Assembly: GCA_036170915.1 (NCBI GenBank)
Contig: JAVHQC010000026.1
Span: 79,404-143,403, forward strand
Direction of reading: 5' to 3'
Length of the DNA stretch: 64,000 nt
DNA from: Cyanobacteria bacterium auto_48_18
GTDB taxonomy: Bacteria > Cyanobacteriota > Vampirovibrionia > Obscuribacterales > Obscuribacteraceae
How positions within the stretch are numbered: the first letter of the stretch is position 1; every line of letters begins with the position of its first letter. Both the position numbers and the translations under genes were made by a program. Of this stretch, positions 19,841 through 29,082 are shown one piece after another. A model generated the notes under the pieces. The model ran no database searches and was not told where the DNA came from. It saw only the letters and a program-made list of their open reading frames with translations.

Positions 19841-21282
19841 CTTAGTTGCCACTGCCAACCTTGCCTGATTGCAACTATTTGCTCTTTTACGGTTTTAGCA
19901 GACTCGGGTCTTTTGCTCTGGTCTTGATCAGTAAGTTGTTGCACCAGCTCATTGAGCATTTCGTTGACAATTACGAAATCTTTTGGCGAAGAGGGGCTGA
20001 GCGCCTCTGGCTCACGGCCAGACAGCATAAAATGAATAGTGGCGCCAAGGGCATAGAGGTCACTAGATGTGGTGGCGTGGCCGCGGAACTGCTCTGGGGC
20101 AATGTACCCTTGCTTACCTATTAATGTGCCCGTGGCGGTGCCGACAACTTCGTTAGCTGCGCCAAAGTCAATTAGCATTACTTTATCGACGTTTACCACA
20201 ATATTGTCGGGAGTTAAATCGCGGTGCACCATAGGTGGTTCAAGCCGGTGCAGGTAAACTAGAATGTCTGCCATTTGCTCAGCGTAGTCTAATACATCGA
20301 GCTGATGCAGAGGCCCCTGCAGTCTCACCATCTGGCGTAGATTCTGACCGCTGACGTAATCAAGCAATAAATATTGTCGATTGTCTTGCTTAAAGTGTTC
20401 GTAGACGCGCACAATTTTAGGGTGATCAAGTTTCATCAATAAATGTGCTTCGCGAGCAAACATGGCTTCAGCTTTGAGTTTTAGTTCACTGTTAGCTAGT
20501 GGTGGTAAAACACATTCTTTCAAAACCTTCAGTTTCGTGTTCGACTCTTGCACCAAATAAATTGCTGACCAACCGCCAAAAGCAAGTTGCTTTATTACTT
20601 TGATGTTGCCATCCAACAGCTTCTGATGCGGACTTAGAGGAATGTAGGCAGTGGCGGAAAAGCGGTCGTTTAATTCGTCTTCCCACATTTTTGTAAAGCT
20701 TAAAGATTCAGCCGGTTCGAGATTGTCGCTATTCCATAAAGATTCCTTTAGCTCCTGCAGACGCAGGTCTTGAGCTTGAGACGGCAGCCAGTTGCTTATA
20801 CTGACGAGCAAATATTCCACGTCATTGCTAGTCATGCCACCAAGACCAAGAGAGATTTTGCCTTGCTCAAGTAGCATTGTTAGCTTTAGCGAGTCTATAT
20901 GGTCAATTTCTCCGGCGAGAGTAATACTTTTAATTTCACGCCACTCTATAAAGCGGTGTAGTCTGTTACTCAGGCTGGTTAGAACAGGCACGGTTAAACC
21001 ATCTTCGCTCACAAGTATTTGATTATCTTTGAGGGAGCCGCTAAGTATGGTGCCCAAGACGAAAAGAATAGTAAGGTAAAAACTAATACTTATTGATGTT
21101 AGTAACGATGACGGTTGAAATCCGTTCGCAGGGGAGAACAACACCAATGTGGCCCCGACCAATGCAGCCATCACTGCCAGTGCCGGAGCAAGTAGACCCC
21201 ATAGAGGCATGGTTAAGTTACAAAGCAATGTTCCAAGTCTGGCAGGCATCGACTGGTAGAAAATTGTTTTCTCTTGACTCAT
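19837..21282 (-). CDS. Membrane kinase type A, copy A2
   Basis: AFGGWSAIY, HRDLTPDN, DFG, GKQGYIAPEQ; clear paralogue of 16386..17825. Confidence 0.88.
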   Translation of the reverse strand: MSQEKTIFYQSMPARLGTLLCNLTMPLWGLLAPALAVMAALVGATLVLFSPANGFQPSSLLTSISISFYLTILFVLGTILSGSLKDNQILVSEDGLTVPVLTSLSNRLHRFIEWREIKSITLAGEIDHIDSLKLTMLLEQGKISLGLGGMTSNDVEYLLVSISNWLPSQAQDLRLQELKESLWNSDNLEPAESLSFTKMWEDELNDRFSATAYIPLSPHQKLLDGNIKVIKQLAFGGWSAIYLVQESNTKLKVLKECVLPPLANSELKLKAEAMFAREAHLLMKLDHPKIVRVYEHFKQDNRQYLLLDYVSGQNLRQMVRLQGPLHQLDVLDYAEQMADILVYLHRLEPPMVHRDLTPDNIVVNVDKVMLIDFGAANEVVGTATGTLIGKQGYIAPEQFRGHATTSSDLYALGATIHFMLSGREPEALSPSSPKDFVIVNEMLNELVQQLTDQDQSKRPESAKTVKEQIVAIRQGWQWQLR

Positions 21283-23318
21283 AATGCGTTACTTTCCGCA
21301 AGTTTTTCTGTAATGATCTTGATTTGTTGCAGCAGTTCTTCTGCACTGCCGAGTCTTGCGGCTAGCTCAGGCTCAGTGCAGCGCGCCACCAGTGCATTGA
21401 GATTGTCTGAGACTGCAATCAGGTTTTGCGGACGGCTTACCGTGAGTGGCTCGGGTTCACAACCCGTCAGCAGATAGTACGCTGTAGCACCCAGAGCATA
21501 AATGTCGCTTTGTGGGCATGGGTGACCTTGAAACTGCTCAGGGGGAAGGTAATTTTGCTTGCCTGCAAATGTACCTCTTGCCGTTGTTTCTTGATCAATG
21601 TTAGTGGCGACATCAAAGTCTAAAAGCTTGATCGTGCCGGCATCGTTTATGACAATATTGTCTGCCGTAAAATCGCGATGCACTACAGGTGGTGTACGGC
21701 TGTGCAGGTACACCAGAATCGATGCCATTTGCTCAATCAAGCCAATGACCGTATCTTCCGTTAGAGGGCCTTCAGTCAGTACTTTTTCTTTCAAGGTGGT
21801 GCCTTGAATATATTCGAGCATAAGGAAGGCTCGCTGACCTTCAATAAAATAGTGATGGAGTTTAACCACTTGAGGATGCTCGAGACTCTGTAGTAATTTC
21901 GCATCATGCTCAAAGCGTGCGGTTATGCGTCTTTTAAGCGGTTCGTTGTAGAACGGTAAAATGAATTCTTTGAGCACTATTTTATCTTCAAATTCGGGGC
22001 AATTGGCAACATAAGTAACTGCCTGGCCTCCGGCAGCCAGCTGCGAAGCGATAACAAGGTCATGGTGGGCAAGCTTACTTCCGTTTTGAAGAGGGCTGAC
22101 TGCCTGCAGTTCTGGTCTTGACTGCAGCGACGAAAGCCATAACTCGGTGTACGAAGTATCTGCCCTGTTCATCAAGGCTAGAATTTTGGCATCAACTTCA
22201 ACTCTTTGCCCCCAGGCATTAACGGCTTCAAGAAAGAGCTGGCGGTTGCGGCTTGCTGTCAAAGTTCGCACTGGTATCTGTATTGGTGGACGATCGATGT
22301 TCGGAGTTACTTCGATAAAGCCGCCTGTGCCACTGCTTCGCTGACCGAATAATTTGATTGAGGCAATAGATTGCCAACCCAGATGTTCTTTGGGAACGGA
22401 GCCAGTGGGAGTACTTAGCAGGGCCGTAAAGCCTAAGTGATCGATAAAAAGGCAATCTGGTTTTGTAAACCGCTCTATTAAGCTATACAAGCTCCACACA
22501 ATAAGGCAAAGCATACCAACTACCCCAGTCAGCGAGAGGAGCAAAAGAAACTCTGCACTGAAGTAGTGGCTGAGCACCTTGTTAAAAGTTTCGAATAAGT
22601 CTGAAAGGCTGTATAGCAAGTGATTAAGCACAGCTCTCCGAGTCGTAAAAGTGAAGGCAGCGGCTAAGCAGAGTATGAGCCAGAGTCTGCCCATTGACCG
22701 ATCAAATCCTCTAAAAGCAACCATGAGATAAGACAAGGCTTGCGAATACATGCTGTGAGCTTTTAAACTGAGTGTCAGCTGTAAATTGTTGTCGCTTTGA
22801 TTTTGCGCTGCGAGTTCAGAGCTTATTGCTATCCCTTTTTGCGGTTCGACCTCACCAATCCAATTTTTAAGGCGTTCTCTAACTTCAGGGGCAATGTGCG
22901 CATTTTTAAATCTGGTGGCAAAAATAGTCCAGAGCTTAGCTGCGTCTTCCCGTGATAAACCACCGAGAGTAATCTTTCTCAGGGCTTTGGCGCCGGCACT
23001 GAAGCGGAGTGCGTTATGTGCATCAAGCTCAATCTCTGTAATCTCGCTATAGAGATAAGTCGGTCTGAAAGTGCCTGGCAATCTCACGCAGTCGTGCTCA
23101 AAGATTATTTGATGAGTGTTTAATATCCTGTAGGCCACATAAAAGCACAGACAACCAATTAAATGTGCAATGGTGAAACCAAGAGAAGAAAAAAGCAAAA
23201 AAGATGCAAGCAACCAGAGCGGCGCAGAAAGTACGAGAAAGTTCGACACAAATTTCTCACCACTGTCGGTGAGATCTATTCTGCATTCAGGCAGTCGATT
23301 TTTCTTTGACGTAGGCAC
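21279..23318 (-). CDS. Membrane kinase type B, copy B2
   Basis: AAGGQAVTY, HRDFTADN, DFD, GKQNYLPPEQ; clear paralogue of 17825..19840. Confidence 0.85.
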   Translation of the reverse strand: MPTSKKNRLPECRIDLTDSGEKFVSNFLVLSAPLWLLASFLLFSSLGFTIAHLIGCLCFYVAYRILNTHQIIFEHDCVRLPGTFRPTYLYSEITEIELDAHNALRFSAGAKALRKITLGGLSREDAAKLWTIFATRFKNAHIAPEVRERLKNWIGEVEPQKGIAISSELAAQNQSDNNLQLTLSLKAHSMYSQALSYLMVAFRGFDRSMGRLWLILCLAAAFTFTTRRAVLNHLLYSLSDLFETFNKVLSHYFSAEFLLLLSLTGVVGMLCLIVWSLYSLIERFTKPDCLFIDHLGFTALLSTPTGSVPKEHLGWQSIASIKLFGQRSSGTGGFIEVTPNIDRPPIQIPVRTLTASRNRQLFLEAVNAWGQRVEVDAKILALMNRADTSYTELWLSSLQSRPELQAVSPLQNGSKLAHHDLVIASQLAAGGQAVTYVANCPEFEDKIVLKEFILPFYNEPLKRRITARFEHDAKLLQSLEHPQVVKLHHYFIEGQRAFLMLEYIQGTTLKEKVLTEGPLTEDTVIGLIEQMASILVYLHSRTPPVVHRDFTADNIVINDAGTIKLLDFDVATNIDQETTARGTFAGKQNYLPPEQFQGHPCPQSDIYALGATAYYLLTGCEPEPLTVSRPQNLIAVSDNLNALVARCTEPELAARLGSAEELLQQIKIITEKLAESNAL

Positions 23319-23363
23319 ACACAGTTGAGGAGCTCTTAAAGGTAATGCCCGCAGGAGATTTAT

Positions 23364-24200
23364 TCAAAACTGGCCCTGGTCGGGCAGGCTAAAGAGTTTT
23401 CGAGCATTCTGGCTCACTTGAGCAGCAAGCGTTTCTAGCGTGGACTGCCGCAAACCGGCAAGCTTCTCTGCGGTAAACCACACATAGGTGGGTTCGTTGC
23501 GCTCGCCGCGTACTTTTTGTGGCGAAAGAAATGGGCAATCGGTCTCCACCAACATGCGATCTTCTGGCACCAGTACAGCAGCTTCCTGAATGTTTGTGGC
23601 TTTATTGTAAGTAAGAATGCCTGAAAATGAGACATAAAAATCTAGAGCGCTAATGGCTGGCAAATGCTCAGGGCCTCCAGTAAAGCAGTGAAAAACTCCT
23701 CGCACTTTCCCCTGGCCGGCGGATGTGAGCAGTTCAAAAGTATCTTCCCAGGCGTCGCGACAATGGACAATTACTGGTTTGTCTAAAGCAACGGCAATTT
23801 CAATTTGCTCTCGAAATGCGGTCAGCTGCTCATCTCGTGAGCTATTGTTGTAAAAATAGTCAAGGCCGCATTCACCCACTGCGACCATTTTAGGATGCTT
23901 CAGCGCCTCTAAGACTTTCTTTTTGTGATCGTCGCACCAGAAGCGAGCTTCATGGGGATGCTGACCGGCGGCACCATAAACATTTGCTCGGCGCTCGATT
24001 AATTCGAGCAACTCATCAAGCCCTTCTACAGCCACAGCGGGATTGATCAAGGTGCGAACGTCCATGGCCGAGGCCCTGTCTAAAATTTGTTCGCGCTCTT
24101 CTTGGAAATATTCTTTGACCACATGGGCGTGGCTGTCGATAATGCCACCGGCGCAGCGAGGTATATTTACTGGTTCTCTGGTTTTAGCTTGTTTTGTCAT
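23364..24200 (-). CDS. tatD: TatD-family hydrolase/DNase
   Basis: IDSHAH, GQHPH, VGECGLDY, VHCRDA, FHCF, ETDCPFL. ATG 24200 preferred (track start 24242). Confidence 0.93.
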   Translation of the reverse strand: MTKQAKTREPVNIPRCAGGIIDSHAHVVKEYFQEEREQILDRASAMDVRTLINPAVAVEGLDELLELIERRANVYGAAGQHPHEARFWCDDHKKKVLEALKHPKMVAVGECGLDYFYNNSSRDEQLTAFREQIEIAVALDKPVIVHCRDAWEDTFELLTSAGQGKVRGVFHCFTGGPEHLPAISALDFYVSFSGILTYNKATNIQEAAVLVPEDRMLVETDCPFLSPQKVRGERNEPTYVWFTAEKLAGLRQSTLETLAAQVSQNARKLFSLPDQGQF

Positions 24201-24298
24201 TTGCCATATAATTGCGGTAATTGCGAATTGCCTTTTGAGCAATATAGAGTAGAGTAAGTTTTAGGAAGATCGACAATTCCTAATTTTCGAGCTAAATC

Positions 24299-25249
24299 AT
24301 GATTTTTAAACACCTTACCAAATTATTTGCAATTACCAGCGGCCTTGTTTTAATTAACGGCTTTTTCGGCGCCGCTTACGCCCAGCCGTTAAAAGGCGGC
24401 GTGCTGCAAGAAGATATCAATAGAATTCCCACCCCAACCCTGAATCGCAATGATATTCAGAACAGCGGAGACCCTTTTCAAGGTGCTGCTGGTGACAACA
24501 ACCCGGTAGACATGTTGCAATTGCCTCCTGGCAGTATGGATGTGGAAAAGTTGCGGGCGCCTGCCCCTCCGAAAAAGCCTTTTAAAGTGAATGCCGAAGA
24601 ACAGGGCCAGGGTGACTTTAATGGCCAGCAAATGATGCCCATGCCTGAGCAAGTGCCTAATAATCCACCGCCGCAACAACGGCAGCCCTTCCAAAATAAT
24701 ATTCAGCAAAACAACGACCCTGACGGTTCGGCTGCCATGCAACTTTTGTGGGATGCCTGGCACAAGCGTGTAGCCGAGACCATCTACGTGAGATTCAATA
24801 GTCTTGCGCAAATGGCTTTTAAGCGCAGCCAACCCTTAGCCTGTCAAGTCAGCTATATGGTGGCTCGCGATGGCCGGGTAGGTAATGTGCAGCTGCTGCA
24901 AAAAAGCGCTAATCCTATTTTTAACACCATGCTGCTTGGTGTAATTAATTCTATGAACGGTAATCCGGTTCTTGAATATCCTCCCAATTCCCGAAGACAG
25001 TTTGTAGAAAAGACCGGCACATTCACCTGGAATTATGGACAGAATGGCTTTAAATTTACCACCGGCGATAAAGAGACCATTCCCGGGCAAGGTCAGCAGC
25101 AAATGCGTCCCATGCAGCAACAAATGCAGCAGCCCATGCAACAACAAATGCAGCAGCCCATGCAACAGCAAATGCAGCAGCCTATGCAACAACAGATGCA
25201 GCGACCTATGCAAATGATGCAGCAGATGCAACAAATGTTCGGCAGGTAA
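24299..25249 (+). CDS. Exported protein with Pro-rich linker, TonB-C-like domain and Gln/Met repeat tail
   Basis: Signal peptide (AAYA/Q); CQVSYMVARDGRVGNVQLLQKSANPIFN resembles the TonB/TolA C-terminal fold. Confidence 0.6.
   Translation: MIFKHLTKLFAITSGLVLINGFFGAAYAQPLKGGVLQEDINRIPTPTLNRNDIQNSGDPFQGAAGDNNPVDMLQLPPGSMDVEKLRAPAPPKKPFKVNAEEQGQGDFNGQQMMPMPEQVPNNPPPQQRQPFQNNIQQNNDPDGSAAMQLLWDAWHKRVAETIYVRFNSLAQMAFKRSQPLACQVSYMVARDGRVGNVQLLQKSANPIFNTMLLGVINSMNGNPVLEYPPNSRRQFVEKTGTFTWNYGQNGFKFTTGDKETIPGQGQQQMRPMQQQMQQPMQQQMQQPMQQQMQQPMQQQMQRPMQMMQQMQQMFGR
25094..25237 (+). repeat. 24-bp coding tandem repeat (QQQMQQPM), 4 units plus degenerate flanks
   Basis: cagcaacaaatgcagcagcccatg-like units at 25115, 25139, 25163 and 25187. 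Confidence 0.9.
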
Positions 25250-25260
25250 GTTTTTCTAGA

Positions 25261-26718
25261 ATGAATGGTCACGCATCAATCAATGCTGAAGTAATTTCGA
25301 AATTGATTGCAATAGTCGGTGGCGATTATGTGCTCGATGACAAAGTCGATATTGGCCTTTACGATTGCGACGCTGAGACTTTAGATAAAGCCGCGCCTGA
25401 CCTGGTGGTTTTGCCGGCCACAACAGAACAGGTCGCTGCCGTTATAAAGGTTGCCGCTCAACACCATATTCCTGTTTCTCCTCGGGGCGCTGGTACGGGC
25501 CTATCTGGTGGTAGCACTTGTGTGCGTGGTGGCATCAGTCTGGTTTTGACCCGCATGAATCGCATTTTGCATATCGATCCCCTTGAGCGGCTGGCATTAG
25601 TAGAAGTTGGTGCCACCAATATGTCGGTTTCGCAAGCGGCGGCCAAGCACAATTTGTATTTTGCACCAGACCCCAGCAGTCAGGTTGCCTCAACTATTGG
25701 CGGCAACATTGCTGAAAATGCCGGCGGCCCTCATACGCTTAAATATGGCATGACCACCCACCATGTTGTGGGGCTAAAAGTCGTTTTAGCCGACGGTAGC
25801 ATAGTCACCCTGGGTGGTGCGGCCAGAAGCAGCAACGAAATTGATTTGACAGGATTTTTCATTGGTTCGGAAGGCTTGCTCGGCGTGGCCTGTGAGGCTC
25901 TAGTGAGGCTAATACCAAGACCAGAAAAAATTCAGACTCTGCTTGCTTATTTTGACACTGTGGCTGGTGCTGGTCAGGCGGTATCAGATATAGTGGCAGC
26001 CGGTGTAATTCCTGCGGCCATGGAAATGATTGATCGTCTCACCATTAATGCAGTCGAAGATTATCTGGGCATTGGGCTCAATCGCGAAGCAGCCGCTCTT
26101 TTGATCATAGAATTAGATGGCCCTGCAGCCGGTATTACAGCTCAGCGAAAACTGGTTGAAATAGCCCTCGAAAGAAACAAAGTGCTTTCAATGCGCTGGG
26201 CTGTAGATGCCACTGAAAGATTGGTTATCTGGAAAGCCAGGAAAACATCTTTTGGCGCACTGGGCCGCATTGCTCCCCATGGTTATGTGCTCGATGGCGT
26301 CATTCCGCGCTCACGACTGGCTGAAGTGATCGCAGGCATTGAGGCCATAGGCACTAGACTGAATTTGACCATTGCTAATGTCTATCATGCTGGAGACGGT
26401 AATCTACATCCGTGCATGCTCTACCATCGCGAAAACGAAGATGAAGTCAGGAGAGTGATGTTAGCCGGCAAAGAAATTTTGGAACTCTGTCTGATGATGG
26501 GTGGCACTTTATCTGGTGAACACGGCATCGGCATTGAAAAAATGATGGAAATGCCGCTTGCCTTCAGCGAAGTAGATTTGGCAATGATGGCCAAGCTAAA
26601 AGAGGCATTTGATCCTGCTGGAATTCTCAACCCCGGTAAGGTCTTGCCTAATCTAAAAACTTGTGGTGAATCAGGCGCAAGACCGCTTTTAAGACATAAG
26701 ATCATGGCTGGTTGTTGA
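25261..26718 (+). CDS. glcD: FAD-linked oxidase, glycolate oxidase subunit GlcD family
   Basis: RGAGTGLSGG, PDPSSQ..STIGGNIAENAGG, GSEG, HAGDGNLHP, SGEHGIG, LNPGK. Confidence 0.85.
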   Translation: MNGHASINAEVISKLIAIVGGDYVLDDKVDIGLYDCDAETLDKAAPDLVVLPATTEQVAAVIKVAAQHHIPVSPRGAGTGLSGGSTCVRGGISLVLTRMNRILHIDPLERLALVEVGATNMSVSQAAAKHNLYFAPDPSSQVASTIGGNIAENAGGPHTLKYGMTTHHVVGLKVVLADGSIVTLGGAARSSNEIDLTGFFIGSEGLLGVACEALVRLIPRPEKIQTLLAYFDTVAGAGQAVSDIVAAGVIPAAMEMIDRLTINAVEDYLGIGLNREAAALLIIELDGPAAGITAQRKLVEIALERNKVLSMRWAVDATERLVIWKARKTSFGALGRIAPHGYVLDGVIPRSRLAEVIAGIEAIGTRLNLTIANVYHAGDGNLHPCMLYHRENEDEVRRVMLAGKEILELCLMMGGTLSGEHGIGIEKMMEMPLAFSEVDLAMMAKLKEAFDPAGILNPGKVLPNLKTCGESGARPLLRHKIMAGC

Positions 26719-26838
26719 GCCACAGCTGCGGGCCCAATTTAGCTTTCGCAAGGTTAATGAAAGATTCAAAAGGCCACAATGGTATAAGGAAGCAATCAGT
26801 TTGCTGTGGCATCCCTAGATTACTAACATCGACCGGTT

Positions 26839-28461
26839 ATGGAAGAAATCAAGAACGAAAGTGAAAAAGCCAGCGGCTCTTTCTTACCTAATTTCAGCAA
26901 AGATTTTCTTGCATCCGTAGTGGTGTTCATTGTGGCGCTGCCGCTATGTATGGGTATTGCTATTGCGTCTGGTGTCGATCCTGCCAAGGGCATCATTACT
27001 GGCATCATCGGTGGGCTTGTGGTTTCCGCAATTGGTGGCAGCCCCTTACAAGTCAGTGGTCCAGCGGCAGGTCTTGCTGTGCTGGTGCTCGAGCTAATAC
27101 GCGAATATGGTATTGAAAAGTTAGGCTTGATTGTTTTCCTGGCCGGCTTAATCCAAGTAGCTGCTGGTCTATCTCGCTTTGCACCTTGGTTTAGAGCGGT
27201 ACCGCCAGCGGTAATTCACGGCATGCTTTCGGGTATCGGCCTTTTGATTATGGCTGCTCAGTTTCATGTGATGGTCGATGATACGCCCAAGGGCAGCGGC
27301 CTGCAGAACATAATGTCGATTCCGATGGCGGTATACAAGGGCCTCAACTGGGTCGGAGGTGAAAGTGCTGACACTACCCACCACACTGCGGCCATACTAG
27401 GCGTATTGACAATTACATTGCTGGCCCTCTGGCAACGCTTTGCTCGGGGAAAAATGCGCGTACTGCCGGGTTCACTGGTGGCAGTAATAACCACAACCGC
27501 AGTGGCCTATTGTTTTCATATGGTCGTGCACTACGTAAGTATCCCGAACAATTTGCTTGGGGCAATCACTCCACCCAAACCCGCTGATTTTTCCTGGCTT
27601 TTGAGTTGGAACGTATTTTTCGATGCATTAGCCATCGCCTTTATTGCCACTGCTGAAACTTTGCTTACATGCAGTGCCATCGACAAAATTCATACTGGAC
27701 CGCGCACAAATTTCGACCGAGAGCTTATTGGCCAGGGTGTCGGCAACACCTTGTGCGGATTGGTTGGCGGCTTACCGTTGACCGGTGTAATGGTGCGCAG
27801 CGGTGTCAACGTCAACGCCGGCGCTAAAACTAGAATGTCTGCCTGGATGCACGGGCTCTGGATTCTTATTTTTGTGGCAGCTTTTCCTCATATGCTGGAG
27901 CTGATTCCTACTTCCGCTCTTGCTGCTTTGCTTGTGTTTACAGGCTTTAAAATGATCAACTTTAAAATCATCGACGAATTAAAAGTCTATGGGCGCACGG
28001 AAGCAGCAATTTATGTGATCACTATTATTTTGATTGTCTGCGTTGATCTATTAACCGGTGTGATAGCTGGTGTGATTCTGTCGGTTGCCAAACTACTTTA
28101 TATCTTCTCCAGGCTTGATATCAAAATTACTGTCAGCCCTCACGGCAATCGCACTGATGTCTCACTGAATGGCGCTGCAACATTTTTGAGCTTACCGAGA
28201 ATTGCTGAAGCCATTGAATCGGTGCGGCCAGATACTGAGCTTCATGTGCACCTGGAAGATCTGCAATACATAGACCATGCTTGCCTCGATACAATGATGG
28301 GTTGGGATAAGCAACATAGATCGACCGGCGGCACTTTGGTAATGGACTGGGGTACTTTAGGCACAGTCTTTAAAGAGCGTCGCGGCGGCGATCGTGAGCT
28401 TGCCACTCGTGAATTTAGAGCGGTGCGTACAGAAGAGACTGAAGCCAGCGGTCATAGTTAG
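26839..28461 (+). CDS. SulP/SLC26-family anion transporter with STAS domain
   Basis: ASVVVFIVALPLCMGIAIASG, QVSGPAAGL, RELIGQGVGN and C-terminal YIDHAC. Confidence 0.92.
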   Translation: MEEIKNESEKASGSFLPNFSKDFLASVVVFIVALPLCMGIAIASGVDPAKGIITGIIGGLVVSAIGGSPLQVSGPAAGLAVLVLELIREYGIEKLGLIVFLAGLIQVAAGLSRFAPWFRAVPPAVIHGMLSGIGLLIMAAQFHVMVDDTPKGSGLQNIMSIPMAVYKGLNWVGGESADTTHHTAAILGVLTITLLALWQRFARGKMRVLPGSLVAVITTTAVAYCFHMVVHYVSIPNNLLGAITPPKPADFSWLLSWNVFFDALAIAFIATAETLLTCSAIDKIHTGPRTNFDRELIGQGVGNTLCGLVGGLPLTGVMVRSGVNVNAGAKTRMSAWMHGLWILIFVAAFPHMLELIPTSALAALLVFTGFKMINFKIIDELKVYGRTEAAIYVITIILIVCVDLLTGVIAGVILSVAKLLYIFSRLDIKITVSPHGNRTDVSLNGAATFLSLPRIAEAIESVRPDTELHVHLEDLQYIDHACLDTMMGWDKQHRSTGGTLVMDWGTLGTVFKERRGGDRELATREFRAVRTEETEASGHS

Positions 28462-28629
28462 CGTCTGGGTAAAATCGAGTTAGTAATCTACTGACTTTAC
28501 CGCTGCACTACCTGTGGTGGCAGCGTCAATGTTGTCGCTAATTTCAATCGTATTGACTCTGGTTTCAAAATTAGCAACTCAGCAACAACTGAGTAATATC
28601 CTTTCGTCTATGAGCAGCAGGCAAGGGGA

Positions 28630-28902
28630 ATGGACATGGACGAGTTCGATTTTAGAGATAATCAACGCAATCGCCAAACGAACAACAGTGATTTGCGTAA
28701 TGAGGCGCAGCAGTTGCTGCAAGCGCTATCTCAGGCCGCGAGCACGGCAAGTTCGCTCGGTAAAGCTACAAAAATGCTTGCGATGCTGTCGTCTCTGCCG
28801 CTACCTATACAAAAGGCTGAAGACCAACTCTGCCTTACTACAAGCGGGCTTTTGCCTCAAATACAGCTGATAGAAAGCTTTGAGCCTCTACAGTTTGTTT
28901 AA
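28630..28902 (+). CDS. Small hypothetical protein
   Basis: 90-aa ORF preceded by an SD-like aagggg. No motif recognised. Confidence 0.4.
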   Translation: MDMDEFDFRDNQRNRQTNNSDLRNEAQQLLQALSQAASTASSLGKATKMLAMLSSLPLPIQKAEDQLCLTTSGLLPQIQLIESFEPLQFV

Positions 28903-29082
28903 CGCACTAGTGATTTTATATCTATTTGGTGTTCATGCTGCCCCTGCTGAAGGCATTCTATATAGATTAATTGTGCGTGAAAATATGCTGATAAACGGGT
29001 ATGATCCGGCTGTGAGGTGTTGCGTCCAACCGAAGCTGTCAGCTGCATCAAGCCACTTTTAATCCCTTATGAGGTTCACTGC

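Noticed and set aside
23364..24200. TatD as part of an anti-phage system
   Set aside because: The motifs match ordinary housekeeping TatD, and no QatABC-like or retron partners are adjacent.
25094..25237. CRISPR-like periodicity (also at 7020-7320, 40429-40500 and 45528-45772)
   Set aside because: Units are contiguous multiples of 3 within coding frames, with no unique spacers and no cas genes.
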